Source: a virus. From it: DNA of 64,000 bases. Below, piece after piece: positions 15,814 through 24,929 of this stretch (its first letter is position 1; the number at the start of each line of letters is the position of its first letter). The notes under the pieces are model-generated. The model was not told the DNA's origin and did no database searches. It saw nothing but the letters and a program-made list of their open reading frames with translations. The position numbers were made by a program, and so were the translations under genes. Location of the stretch: IMG/VR virus record IMGVR_UViG_3300000271_000010, positions 8,958 through 72,957 of that record; one strand, 5' to 3'.

Positions 15814-18055
15814 TCTTGAGTTCCTTCATATAGTCATCCGGACGCCAGTTGTTGTGCCGAACCATTGACTGCCGGCTGCGGCCATTCTGGCGCGTGATGC
15901 CACAGTGATAGATATGCGACAAATCTTCCACAGCAGGACACGAGAGCGTCTTTCTGGCTTGGGCGAGGCCGCGCTTCGACAGATAGAAGCTCACGTCGAA
16001 GCTGACCTGATTCCACGGGTTGTCCAGTCGCCATTCCAGTGGGTCGATACGCTGGAGCAAATAGTTCCCAACGTAAGCATCATCGCCGGGGTTCCAGTGC
16101 TGGAGATAGACCGGCATGTCATCGACTTCCATACCAAGAAGCCAAGCCAGATCGGCCGGGCAGCCGGGCGTTATAGCAAGCTGCCATGACGATTTTGCGC
16201 CGGTCAGGTAACAGCGGTGGTAATAAGGTTGCCGGTTGTGTCCTTGATCGAACGTCACCAGTGGGTCGCCAGTGGTTCGGCTATATTGATAGCTCTCAAG
16301 CTTTCGATTGAGATCGTTGAGACACGCAAACTGATACCGCTCCAGCTTCTTCTCTTCCGGGTCAGAATCCTTGTAGTTGGCTCCAAAGATTCCGAAGCGG
16401 TTGCGGCTCTTCTCCACTTGCTCGTGATGGGCATAGGCCAGCAGCAGATCAGCGCGTTCGATGATCCGTTCTTTGAACAGCTTGAGAATACGCGGACGCT
16501 CAGCTTCGAACTCGGCATCGGCTTCTCGCTGGATTCCGCGTGCGAAGTTGTGGCGAGCGATGAACTTGCGGTCAGCGTCGATCTGTTCACGGGTCCCGAA
16601 CAAGGTGGCATCCACACGCTCCAGCCCATAGTTGCGGGTGTCACTTCCATGCTCGAAGTGTGAAAGAGGTGTCTCACCGTGGAAGAGGTGAGATGTCGTG
16701 GTAGCCTTTTTCACTTCGTCGCCGACAGGGACGATCATACTCTCACCCTTACTCCACTTAGGCTTGGGTGTGGTGTCCCCTGAGGAAATGAACAATTGTG
16801 AGCCGTCGTTCATACCGATCTGGTTGAGGACTTCGACAGGCACACGCTCGCCGTAGCGCTCTTCCATCCACCGGTTGGCTCCATAGCTGCTCTCGTGGTC
16901 CTTCCAACGCGCTCCGATTGCCTTCTCGTCGAGTGCATCGGTCATGACATCCTTGGGTGTCAGGATCGGAAGTGACAGCGGCTGGTAGCCAACCACCGGG
17001 AGGTTGCTCTGAGCAGCCCGAGCGATGAGGGTGTTCTGATCTTCCAGACGAATCATCTCGTTGGTGTATGACAGAGCGCGGGGTTCGATCGGCTTGCGCC
17101 AATAGTTCTCCACGATCAGGTCGAACATCAGCGTCGTCCAGACGATCTGCCCGAGTTCAAGGTCTTCCAGCTTCTTCAACTCGAAGTGGTGCGGCTGGTG
17201 TGGCACCAGTCCCTTTGCCTGCGACTCGCGATACTTGTCGTGATAGGGGTTACCCTTCTCGTCATACTTGATGGCGAGCAACTGATAGGGGAACCAGTTC
17301 TTCGAGATACGTTCGTCGAACTCCCGGTCCGGGCGGCGCGACATTGAACGGCCGAGCGGGTGGGCATATTCCTGCGAATCGGTCAGGAAGATCAGGTTAC
17401 CACCGTTGCGGATTGCGAAGGCAAAATAGCTGTGAAGCTCGTCCGGATCGCGGATCAGGTTCAGCGACACACCACTAGGCATCCCGCAGACATGCTCGAT
17501 CATCGAGTTGATGTTCCAGTATCCGAACACCATCTTGTTGTAGACCGGCTTGACCGTAGTGGGATCGACCTCGCCGGCAAGGAATTGATCGGCCCGCAAG
17601 CGGTTGGCTGACTTGAGCGCGTCGCGTCGGATGATTGCCAGATGCGCGCGATCCTCGAAGAACTTGTTGATCCGATCGGATTCGATCCCGTAAGCCAACA
17701 GGGCCTGTCGGGTCGCTTCGAAGAACTCGTCGGCTGGCTGCATGATTTCAGGAGCGCGGATGAGTTTCTTGAACTCACGCACCTTATCCATGTAGTCGAA
17801 AATCTTGTCCGGGTCTTCGTCGAACTCATGAACCGAGACCTTGGCTTCCTTGAAGTAGGAAGTAGAGAAGGCGTCGAGAAGCAAGTAGGTCGTGATGAAC
17901 GACTTGTCGTAGTCCATGGACTGCTCCAATTCGTCGTTCATGGTTTTGAGACCCCACGTCCGCATGTTCCACGACTTCGCGTTGGGGTCCATACCAGTTA
18001 GGTCGAGCCACAGCGCGATAGCCCGGTTGAAGTGTTCAGCCGATGTGATCATCAA
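15803..18055 (-). CDS. Large hypothetical protein (750 aa)
   Basis: Longest ORF, phage-like codon use, TGATGA overlap; no motif recognised. Confidence 0.85.
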   Translation of the reverse strand: MMITSAEHFNRAIALWLDLTGMDPNAKSWNMRTWGLKTMNDELEQSMDYDKSFITTYLLLDAFSTSYFKEAKVSVHEFDEDPDKIFDYMDKVREFKKLIRAPEIMQPADEFFEATRQALLAYGIESDRINKFFEDRAHLAIIRRDALKSANRLRADQFLAGEVDPTTVKPVYNKMVFGYWNINSMIEHVCGMPSGVSLNLIRDPDELHSYFAFAIRNGGNLIFLTDSQEYAHPLGRSMSRRPDREFDERISKNWFPYQLLAIKYDEKGNPYHDKYRESQAKGLVPHQPHHFELKKLEDLELGQIVWTTLMFDLIVENYWRKPIEPRALSYTNEMIRLEDQNTLIARAAQSNLPVVGYQPLSLPILTPKDVMTDALDEKAIGARWKDHESSYGANRWMEERYGERVPVEVLNQIGMNDGSQLFISSGDTTPKPKWSKGESMIVPVGDEVKKATTTSHLFHGETPLSHFEHGSDTRNYGLERVDATLFGTREQIDADRKFIARHNFARGIQREADAEFEAERPRILKLFKERIIERADLLLAYAHHEQVEKSRNRFGIFGANYKDSDPEEKKLERYQFACLNDLNRKLESYQYSRTTGDPLVTFDQGHNRQPYYHRCYLTGAKSSWQLAITPGCPADLAWLLGMEVDDMPVYLQHWNPGDDAYVGNYLLQRIDPLEWRLDNPWNQVSFDVSFYLSKRGLAQARKTLSCPAVEDLSHIYHCGITRQNGRSRQSMVRHNNWRPDDYMKELKNDR

Positions 18056-18288
18056 TCTTCTTCACGTCGTTCGAACGTTTCGATCACTTCATCCCATTCG
18101 CCGTCGTCGGTGACGGTGCCGATGATGCCGTAGACGTTCGTGACGGCTGCGTTGGCCTTGCTGAAATACACCTCGGCCTTCTCGCGCTTTTCGGTGATGT
18201 AAGTCATCTTACCGCCGCTGGCGGTTTGGATATCGACGCGATAGTCGATCTTGGTTTCGGCCTGCGATTCGGTCTGGGTATCGGTCAT
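18052..18288 (-). CDS. Hypothetical protein
   Basis: First gene after cassette; overlaps next gene. Confidence 0.7.
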   Translation of the reverse strand: MTDTQTESQAETKIDYRVDIQTASGGKMTYITEKREKAEVYFSKANAAVTNVYGIIGTVTDDGEWDEVIETFERREED

Positions 18289-18336
18289 AAGAGTTCCCTT
18301 GTTCTACTGAGTGGGTGGTAATCTTGGTGTGCGAAT

Positions 18337-18365
18337 CGGATAGGATAAATCTTCCTAGGAGTCAA
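18337..18365 (-). promoter_or_regulatory. Repeated boxed promoter cassette
   Basis: TTGACT-CCTA-GGAAGATTTATCC-TATCC. Confidence 0.8.
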
Positions 18366-18458
18366 CACTCATACCGTGTCAGCAACGACTCAGCGAGTAA
18401 ATGGAACAAGTTTCTCCATTAGATCGTTCTACCTGTATCCATCAGAAAGGAGAATCCA

Positions 18459-18521
18459 ATGCTCATCGAAATGGTTATCGGCGCGCTCGCGGCTCGCGGC
18501 TTTATCGCCTTCTTCCAATAA
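18459..18521 (+). CDS. 20-aa hydrophobic peptide on the opposite strand
   Basis: AAAGGAGAATCCA-ATG; MLIEMVIGALAARGFIAFFQ*; ends 2 nt before a hairpin. Confidence 0.5.
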   Translation: MLIEMVIGALAARGFIAFFQ

Positions 18522-18522
18522 C

Positions 18523-18551
18523 AAAAAGCCCGGCTGGTTAGGCCGGGCTTT
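18523..18551. terminator. Likely bidirectional intrinsic terminator
   Basis: AAAAAGCCCGGC-tggttag-GCCGGGCTTT; T5 tract on minus, TTT on plus. Confidence 0.75.
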
Positions 18552-18580
18552 CTGCTGATTCAAATTCCGCCGTGGAGTGG

Positions 18581-18835
18581 TCAGGTCTGCTTGCCGATGC
18601 TGTTCTCGACAGCCGGCCACACCTTGTCGGCGTTGGTCAGGGCGAACACAGCGTCGTCGTAGCCGATCGACTGATCCTGCTTGCCCATCCGGATTTCCTG
18701 TTCCTTGTCAGGAGTCAGGTTGCCCGACTGGCGCTGACGGCTGATCGAGCCCTCACGCAGGAGCGCCTTCGCGGTGTCGGTATCGAGGTTCTGGAACTGC
18801 TTGCTTGCCGTTGCGGCATTGCTCTGCTGATTCAT
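18581..18835 (-). CDS. Hypothetical protein (84 aa), apparently monocistronic
   Basis: SD GAGGAG; own promoter and terminator. Confidence 0.7.
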   Translation of the reverse strand: MNQQSNAATASKQFQNLDTDTAKALLREGSISRQRQSGNLTPDKEQEIRMGKQDQSIGYDDAVFALTNADKVWPAVENSIGKQT

Positions 18836-18850
18836 GAATCATCTCCTCAT

Positions 18851-18904
18851 TCGCACCATTATCAGTGCGACTCTTGGATTACTCTCACGAACCTAGGCTG
18901 TCAA
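18851..18904 (-). promoter_or_regulatory. Unboxed promoter with leader hairpin
   Basis: TTGACA-17 nt-TAATCC; TCGCAC/GTGCGA stem next to SD. Confidence 0.55.
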
Positions 18905-18907
18905 CGG

Positions 18908-19177
18908 CTAAAGGAATACGATCCCGGCATCCGGACCGGACAGGCGGGTTGTGACAGAATCCCGAAACCACTGCTTGTTACGCTCACGTCTGGTGTCGCT
19001 TTCAAAGTGTTGCATTCGTTGATACCCATCGGTTACAACGATAAGGTCAAAGCGGCCTGAGGGGTGCTGGTCAGGTGAGACTACTACCATCTTACGCTCT
19101 ACAACCTTCCGCTCAGGGAGTTGTTTCCTGAGATCGTCCGCTGCCATTGCAGTGGGTGTGACGAACATGATCTTCAT
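18908..19177 (-). CDS. Hypothetical protein
   Basis: ATGA overlap after GAGGAG. Confidence 0.65.
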   Translation of the reverse strand: MKIMFVTPTAMAADDLRKQLPERKVVERKMVVVSPDQHPSGRFDLIVVTDGYQRMQHFESDTRRERNKQWFRDSVTTRLSGPDAGIVFL

Positions 19178-19467
19178 ACTCCTCGGGCCTCCTTGAACGA
19201 CATAGCATTGTCGAGGATCATCAATACGCCCGGATCGACTGCAATCCATGCCCTAGCGCCACACGCCAGTTGGGTCCCGTCGTGGACAGCGCGACTAGCT
19301 CCATTCCATGTCACCTCTTGTGCGTAGATCGCGGTGGAGTTGGGCCCGTTTGGCTTGATCGTATAGACCGGTCGGCGTCCACCATCCTTCGCATTCATGG
19401 CAATGAATTGCCGATTGACGTGGATGATGGCTCCCTTCGGACCTGCTGTAATGTCTCTTACCGTCAT
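19174..19467 (-). CDS. Conserved phage hypothetical protein
   Basis: IHVNRQ...PVYTIK...LACGARAWI motif; ATGA overlap. Confidence 0.7.
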   Translation of the reverse strand: MTVRDITAGPKGAIIHVNRQFIAMNAKDGGRRPVYTIKPNGPNSTAIYAQEVTWNGASRAVHDGTQLACGARAWIAVDPGVLMILDNAMSFKEARGV

Positions 19468-19688
19468 GCTCCCTCCAATTCGAGAAGCCGCGCTTCCCCG
19501 GCCGGTGTTAAAAAGGCGGTGCCTAACGACCACTGGATGAGTCCTTCCCACCTCAGGAAACAATACTCACCGTAATGTCGCTTGTGGTTATGTCGCGGGC
19601 TCCGGGCCATCTGGAGCAGCCGTCGCTCCCGTAGAGGTGAGAGCCCGGTAACAGTCATTCCCCAGCGATCGTAAGTGATAGGGATCAT
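19464..19688 (-). CDS. Hypothetical protein
   Basis: ATGA overlaps; LTPAGEARL wing-like end. Confidence 0.55.
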   Translation of the reverse strand: MIPITYDRWGMTVTGLSPLRERRLLQMARSPRHNHKRHYGEYCFLRWEGLIQWSLGTAFLTPAGEARLLELEGA

Positions 19689-20941
19689 GCTGCCTCCAAG
19701 ATCATGGCGCGCATCTCGGCCCCAGACATACTGGTATCGTTGGCGACATCGAAGTCGGCCGGGTTGCGATTGAACATCTTAGCCATCCGCAAAAAGTCCT
19801 CGTATCCCAGCTTGCCCAGTTCGATGGTGTGGTCGAACCGGCCCGGCCGGATCAGCGCGGGGTCCAGTCGTTCGTGATGGTTGGTGGTAGCGATCACCAC
19901 CAGACCATCGGGACACAGGATGCCATCAAGGACGTTGAGAAGTGCTGAGAGGCTGATAGGGCTCTTCTCCTCAGGCTTACCCTTAGTCTTCTTGGTCTCG
20001 CTCTTCTCAGCGTCGCGATTAACCTTAACCCCGGCGGCGTCGATATCCTCGATCGCCAACAGGATGCGTGACCAATCGCGTGTCCCGCTCAGCAGCTTGG
20101 TCAGTTGCTTATCAGCTTCCACAGAGCCCAAGTTGAGGTAGTAGATCGAGCGTTCGGTCTCGGTAGCCACGGCGTGGATGAGACTGGACTTACCGCAGCC
20201 GGGTTCACCATGGAGCATGATGCCCATGTGATGAGGAAGACCCAAACGGTGATGTTCCTCTTTCTTGGATTCGAACTCCCGGATAGCGTCGATCACTCGC
20301 TCGCCGGCGTTGTTGGCGGTGAACACGCTGTCAATCCGACGAAGTGGGAGCTTGCCCATCTTCGACCAATAGTCGTCGGAATTGATGTGGATCGGAACGT
20401 TTTCGAACTCACCAATGTTGGTCCCAGCGGCCCGTGCGATTTCTTCGGCGAACCGATAGACAGTCTTCTTCGAACGGGTTAGGAACGTCACGACAGTGTG
20501 TTCCTTGAACTTCGTGGTGTTCGAGGATTCATCGACAAAGCGGTGAATAAGCACCGGCCGCCCCTTGTAGACACCAAAGTGCGTCCCGTAACCAGCGGTC
20601 AGTCCACGGTGCTTGGCGACCTCGCGCCACTTTTCTTCGTCGAAGCTGGTCTCGGTCTGGAACACGAAGTTGCGGCTGAAAGTGTCACGGATCACGCTGG
20701 ATGTGATGAACCGCGAGATCGCTTCGTAATCCGGGGAATCCGAATTGTAACGCATATCGATGGTCGTCAGCTTCTTGATCACATCCCAGAGCCGGCCGGG
20801 GATACTCTTGCCCCAAGTGATAATCCCCATGACAATACCAGCGACGATCGCGCCTTGGCTGAACTGGTTCGAGTTCAATTGTTCCTTGACGAAAGCCCAC
20901 AGGTTTCCGTCTTGGGTGATGGAGAAAATGTCGTAGAGCAT
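19685..20941 (-). CDS. BCS1-like AAA+ ATPase with N-terminal membrane anchor
   Basis: Walker A GEPGCGKS, Walker B LAIEDID, SLSALLNVLDG, TTNH, LDPALIRPGRFD; hydrophobic GAIVAGIVMGIITW. Confidence 0.88.
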   Translation of the reverse strand: MLYDIFSITQDGNLWAFVKEQLNSNQFSQGAIVAGIVMGIITWGKSIPGRLWDVIKKLTTIDMRYNSDSPDYEAISRFITSSVIRDTFSRNFVFQTETSFDEEKWREVAKHRGLTAGYGTHFGVYKGRPVLIHRFVDESSNTTKFKEHTVVTFLTRSKKTVYRFAEEIARAAGTNIGEFENVPIHINSDDYWSKMGKLPLRRIDSVFTANNAGERVIDAIREFESKKEEHHRLGLPHHMGIMLHGEPGCGKSSLIHAVATETERSIYYLNLGSVEADKQLTKLLSGTRDWSRILLAIEDIDAAGVKVNRDAEKSETKKTKGKPEEKSPISLSALLNVLDGILCPDGLVVIATTNHHERLDPALIRPGRFDHTIELGKLGYEDFLRMAKMFNRNPADFDVANDTSMSGAEMRAMILEAA

Positions 20942-20943
20942 TG

Positions 20944-21411
20944 TTATCCCCAGCGCTTTGCAGCGAGAAATGGATCGGTTTCGTCATCGTAAAGTGTGCG
21001 TTCGATACCCATCTTACGCGCCTTGCGGATGCAATCGGTTGTGCCGGTGCTTCCGGGAAAACCCAGAAGCAACTCGGGCTTGAAGTCTTCCAACATGACG
21101 CCGTTTCGGATCGCACCTGCTTGGATGCCAATACCGTCCCAGTCAGCTACGTAGCGACGATAGCTGATCATGTTTTCTTCGGCCCAGTCCCTTACTATGG
21201 TGTCGAGACCGGCAGCACAGCCCACACCAATCTCGCGGATACCACCCTCATACCGGTGGATGCGATTTAGCCGTTCATGTGTCAGCTTGATCTTGGTGTA
21301 GGTCCGCCCGCCAGTTACACACAGGCGCTTGCCTTGCTCTAAGAGCGAAGGTGTTTCCCATATCTCAACACGCAGAATGTCAGGCAGGATTCCATAATCC
21401 AGTTCAATCAC
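20944..21411 (-). CDS. SLOG/YspA-like (DUF2493) protein
   Basis: VTGGRTY, GCAAGLD, ADW...AGAIRNGVML, FPGSTGTTDCIRKA. Confidence 0.85.
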   Translation of the reverse strand: MIELDYGILPDILRVEIWETPSLLEQGKRLCVTGGRTYTKIKLTHERLNRIHRYEGGIREIGVGCAAGLDTIVRDWAEENMISYRRYVADWDGIGIQAGAIRNGVMLEDFKPELLLGFPGSTGTTDCIRKARKMGIERTLYDDETDPFLAAKRWG

Positions 21412-21926
21412 CAGTCATGCCCATTTGTCGGACACTTCGCGCGGATGTCCAGTTCCGGTGCCATCCGGGTGAAGCCATTGAAGCCATCCTGAGTCAGCAC
21501 GACCGGACCATAGACGCCGCGAGCGACGTAGATGCCAAGCTTGGCTATCTTGCTTGCCCGGAACGCTCCGTGACAGGTGAGTTCACCATACTGAGAAGGA
21601 GACAAGACCACCGCGACAGCCACTTCGGATCGACCGTTTTGCTTGTATTTCTCCAGTTCCTCAATCGCCAGTAAGGTGCGCTGGTAGAGGCTCTTGGCGT
21701 CTTCCTTAGCCTTCTTCTCATAAGCTTTCCGTTCCGTGTGGAACGCTCGTTCCTGCCCCGCGAGGCGCTTGTGTAGGTCGTCGCAGGTGTCAGCGAGCGC
21801 TTGAAGCCGTAGGGAAGCGGCGGCGTTAGCTGAGGCACCACGCAGCCGGGCCCACCAGTTGCTGTTGCCGAGATGGGCCGCAAGCTCGCGATCTTCCAAG
21901 CTGTAGGGACATGGCTTCTTATTCAT
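21408..21926 (-). CDS. Hypothetical protein with coiled coil
   Basis: Tiles operon; start at ATG 21926 preferred. Confidence 0.6.
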   Translation of the reverse strand: MNKKPCPYSLEDRELAAHLGNSNWWARLRGASANAAASLRLQALADTCDDLHKRLAGQERAFHTERKAYEKKAKEDAKSLYQRTLLAIEELEKYKQNGRSEVAVAVVLSPSQYGELTCHGAFRASKIAKLGIYVARGVYGPVVLTQDGFNGFTRMAPELDIRAKCPTNGHDW

Positions 21927-22182
21927 GGTCCAAAACCTCAAAGCGGTAAGTGATCGATCCTTCGTGATCGACAAGCTCCACCATTTCTGACAGCGGTCGG
22001 CCGAACTTGATCGGACCGCTTTCGAAGGTTACCCATGGGCGTCCGTCGGATTCACGGATCGAGTGATCTGTGACCACATAGAGATCGCCTTCCTTGTAGT
22101 GACGAATGACGCTACCTACAGGCAGAGCGGACCGCGCCGCACAAAGGCGCTCAAATAAGGTGGTGAGTGAGGGTCGGGTCAT
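21919..22182 (-). CDS. DUF1653-like protein
   Basis: RHYKEGDLYVV...E...V.F...FGRPLSEM...RF pattern; SD GGAGA. Confidence 0.65.
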   Translation of the reverse strand: MTRPSLTTLFERLCAARSALPVGSVIRHYKEGDLYVVTDHSIRESDGRPWVTFESGPIKFGRPLSEMVELVDHEGSITYRFEVLDHE

Positions 22183-22199
22183 GAGATTCTCCGATCGCT

Positions 22200-22227
22200 G
22201 TTCTATTCAGAATAGCGGTGATGTCAA
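22200..22227 (-). promoter_or_regulatory. Unboxed promoter
   Basis: TTGACA-16 nt-TAGAAC. Confidence 0.45.
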
Positions 22228-22255
22228 GGCAAAATGTCGGTGCTTGACAAATGAA

Positions 22256-22507
22256 TCAGTGGATCGTCACTGGGTCAATGGCTACCGGGACTACATGCTT
22301 GCTACCGTCCCCGCGTGGGATGGTCCAGAGGGTATCCCCGGTATCCACAGGCACCATGCACCCACAGATCATCTCAACAAAGCAGCCTTCTTCCTTCCAC
22401 TCCACCTTCTTGGGGCGGCAGTCGTCCGGTAGGTCTGGGAACACGTTGTCGGAGCTATGCTCTTCTACGATTTCATCAAGGCTCAGGAACTCTTCGGTAT
22501 ACGCCAA
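22256..22507 (-). CDS. Hypothetical Cys-containing acidic protein
   Basis: ATG after AAGGAAGA. Confidence 0.55.
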   Translation of the reverse strand: MAYTEEFLSLDEIVEEHSSDNVFPDLPDDCRPKKVEWKEEGCFVEMICGCMVPVDTGDTLWTIPRGDGSKHVVPVAIDPVTIH

Positions 22508-22755
22508 ACAGGTTCTTCCTTATCAGTAGCGGCCATCAAGCGGCACTTACCTTCACACCCACCGAAGTCGATCATCCGACATTCAGAAGGACAAATCGGC
22601 TCCATAGGTGCTGATACCGGCGGGACCACCTTTCGCCCAAACACAGGACGAGTAGCGGCGACGTAATGTTCGCTCGGCTCGGTCCGGACAGGCGGTGGGA
22701 GACGTTTCATCCCCTGTCGTCCGGTCGGATCGTAATCGCGCGGGTAGTCAGGCAT
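22483..22755 (-). CDS. Hypothetical Pro/Cys-rich protein
   Basis: TGATG overlap; composition atypical. Confidence 0.45.
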   Translation of the reverse strand: MPDYPRDYDPTGRQGMKRLPPPVRTEPSEHYVAATRPVFGRKVVPPVSAPMEPICPSECRMIDFGGCEGKCRLMAATDKEEPVWRIPKSS

Positions 22756-22961
22756 CAGGCCGGTTCCGGTTCCAGTGCGTCAAGCATAGCGATGGTCGCC
22801 AGAATTGCATCCACCTCGCGGTCACGCTGGAGGCATTCGGCGGTCAACGCGATCGTCAGACGATCGCCGAAATTGCGCCGGATCACCGCGTTCTTCATGG
22901 ATCGTTGGACTTCCTGCTCCCGAAGGATTCGGATCGAAATCACCCGCTGCTGCTCGTTCAC
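22755..22961 (-). CDS. Hypothetical protein
   Basis: GTG after AGGAGA. Confidence 0.65.
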   Translation of the reverse strand: MNEQQRVISIRILREQEVQRSMKNAVIRRNFGDRLTIALTAECLQRDREVDAILATIAMLDALEPEPA

Positions 22962-22997
22962 GTTATTCTCCTAGCTGATTCGTTCAGCGACATTTTC

Positions 22998-23025
22998 GCT
23001 ATACATCAGCCAGAGAGAATGTCAA
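22998..23025 (-). promoter_or_regulatory. Unboxed promoter
   Basis: TTGACA-16 nt-TATAGC. Confidence 0.55.
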
Positions 23026-23210
23026 TCGCGGAGTTGATATTCCCACTTGCCATTGACCTTTCGACGCCAAACCGGTTCAAAGAAAGTCAGCGCCGAGTAG
23101 CCGAGACTGTAAGGGACGCGGACTGGATACCACGCCCACCAAAGTTCCCAGTCAGTCCCAAGGCGGGTGTTCTGCCATGGGCTCATATCACCGTCCCACT
23201 GCCCCATCAA
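23022..23210 (-). CDS. Small Trp-rich hypothetical protein
   Basis: WWAWYPVR motif; overlaps neighbours. Confidence 0.6.
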   Translation of the reverse strand: MMGQWDGDMSPWQNTRLGTDWELWWAWYPVRVPYSLGYSALTFFEPVWRRKVNGKWEYQLRD

Positions 23211-23647
23211 TTTTCTTCACTCATCTCACGATGAATCTGGCTCTGCCGGGCGCGGTCAGAACGCGCGTATTCCATCCGGCGTCCTGCTTCCTTACGCATC
23301 CGTTCGACGCCAGCCCGCATCAGTGGGTGGGTGTCGTTGAACCAGTCGCAGCGATCCGCCTCGGGATCGCTCGGGATGCCCCGGCGACCGATCATGAAGG
23401 CATTGTAGCACAGGTCCATGACGCTGATCTCGCCGCTACGGCCGACCCCGGTTCGGGCGCTGAACACAGGCTCAACGGCCTCGTAAGTGAGCAAAGTGTC
23501 CACCCATATGTCGGACAGTTCGGTCGCGATCTGGTTGAGATCACCAGCGATAGCCTCGGAGCGATTTTGATCGCACTGATCGGCAGCAGCCTTGATCCGG
23601 TTGATCAGATCACCGAGGCGCTGGGCTGCATCGTCTTCTTTCTTCAT
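23207..23647 (-). CDS. Hypothetical protein
   Basis: ATGA overlap. Confidence 0.7.
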   Translation of the reverse strand: MKKEDDAAQRLGDLINRIKAAADQCDQNRSEAIAGDLNQIATELSDIWVDTLLTYEAVEPVFSARTGVGRSGEISVMDLCYNAFMIGRRGIPSDPEADRCDWFNDTHPLMRAGVERMRKEAGRRMEYARSDRARQSQIHREMSEEN

Positions 23648-23928
23648 GCGCCTACTCCTGATTGGATGTTGATGGCTTCCTCGTAAAGCTCGTTGTTGAG
23701 TCGATCGAGAAAGGCGAAGCGTTCATTGTGAATCGCCAAATCGCGCTCATAGGCCGCGTCGTCGCCGAGATAGTCACGGCCGTGTGGGCGCAGGTCGCTG
23801 ATGGCTACCATAGCATCGAAGAGCTTGTTACGCGCATTGATGCGAAGCTCGACGTGTTGCCCCCACGTCATGCCGTTCAGGTTGATCCGGGGCTGCATCA
23901 GCCGGTCTTCATCAATCAGGGTCATCAT
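23644..23928 (-). CDS. Hypothetical protein
   Basis: ATGA overlap. Confidence 0.7.
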   Translation of the reverse strand: MMTLIDEDRLMQPRINLNGMTWGQHVELRINARNKLFDAMVAISDLRPHGRDYLGDDAAYERDLAIHNERFAFLDRLNNELYEEAINIQSGVGA

Positions 23929-24257
23929 GCGCTATACGCCTTGATCACGGTCGCGGTGATCAGCCACCGGGTTGCGGATCGACCGTCGCGCTTGGCGTCC
24001 AGATTCTCGAAGCGGTAGTCGCTGAGCGGGTTGCCACGCAGGGCGTAGAGGACGCGCTGGTAGTCACCCTCAGACTTGATGTGCAGCGTGATGTCGAACG
24101 CCGGCTGGTCCTTGTAAAAGGCGAGCTTCATGTCGATCCCAGAGGCGTCTGGCGACGCCACCAGTAGAATCGAAGTCCGCAGATGGATGATGCGAGCCAG
24201 CGCATCTTCGAAGCTGGGGGTTTCGTTGATAAGCGAGAGTTTGGGGTTGGTAGCCAT
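23925..24257 (-). CDS. Hypothetical protein
   Basis: SD AGGAGA before ATG 24257. Confidence 0.7.
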   Translation of the reverse strand: MATNPKLSLINETPSFEDALARIIHLRTSILLVASPDASGIDMKLAFYKDQPAFDITLHIKSEGDYQRVLYALRGNPLSDYRFENLDAKRDGRSATRWLITATVIKAYSA

Positions 24258-24283
24258 GGTGTGTCTGTCTCCTGTTACTTGGC

Positions 24284-24553
24284 TCAAGTGAGCCGTTCGT
24301 GGCGGAAGCCCTTTGTGCTGTATTCACAGGGCGAGGCGGTTGTGATGTAACGATCTTCCCAAGGCTCGTCGCCATCGTAGGCAAGATCGACCGGGCCCTT
24401 GTTCTTCTTAGCAAGGCTACCGGCTCGGTTGCGGGCAGCGTTGATGTCCGGAAGGTCTGCCATCTCGGTCCGCTCGTCCGCTGTGTTCATCCCACCGAAC
24501 TCGTCGGCTGGGAAGATGCGGAACTCAAACCGATGAGTTCGAATGACGGTCAT
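24284..24553 (-). CDS. Hypothetical protein
   Basis: SD AGGAGA; first gene after cassette. Confidence 0.75.
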   Translation of the reverse strand: MTVIRTHRFEFRIFPADEFGGMNTADERTEMADLPDINAARNRAGSLAKKNKGPVDLAYDGDEPWEDRYITTASPCEYSTKGFRHERLT

Positions 24554-24585
24554 CGTTTGTCTCCTGATTCGTTGTCGATGAAAGA

Positions 24586-24614
24586 CGAATAGGACGATTC
24601 TTCCGGTTCGTCAA
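24586..24614 (-). promoter_or_regulatory. Repeated boxed promoter cassette
   Basis: TTGACG-AACC-GGAAGAATCGTCC-TATTC. Confidence 0.85.
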
Positions 24615-24929
24615 CTACAATTTTTCGAGTTTGTATTCACAAACAGACTTGTCAGGAAGTGACTGGTCCCAGCAGAAAAACATACAGCCTCGGCAGAAGG
24701 CGATCCCGGCATGGGTGGTGTTCTGATGACGCCACAAACAGCCCACACAGCCACCGTGGAAAATAGCTGGCTTACCTTCGGCCTCTGCAACAGCGATCAC
24801 CAGTGCCGACTTAGCTGGGATGGTGTGGTTGTCATCAATTCCCGGCTGATATTTGGCCTTCTTCGTGACGAGGAACATCACCACAAAGACGCCGGTCAGC
24901 GTGACGTAGGGAAGATACTCCTCGATCAT
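24615..24929 (-). CDS. Membrane-anchored Cys-rich protein
   Basis: N-terminal TM; CVGC and CRGC pairs. Confidence 0.65.
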   Translation of the reverse strand: MIEEYLPYVTLTGVFVVMFLVTKKAKYQPGIDDNHTIPAKSALVIAVAEAEGKPAIFHGGCVGCLWRHQNTTHAGIAFCRGCMFFCWDQSLPDKSVCEYKLEKL

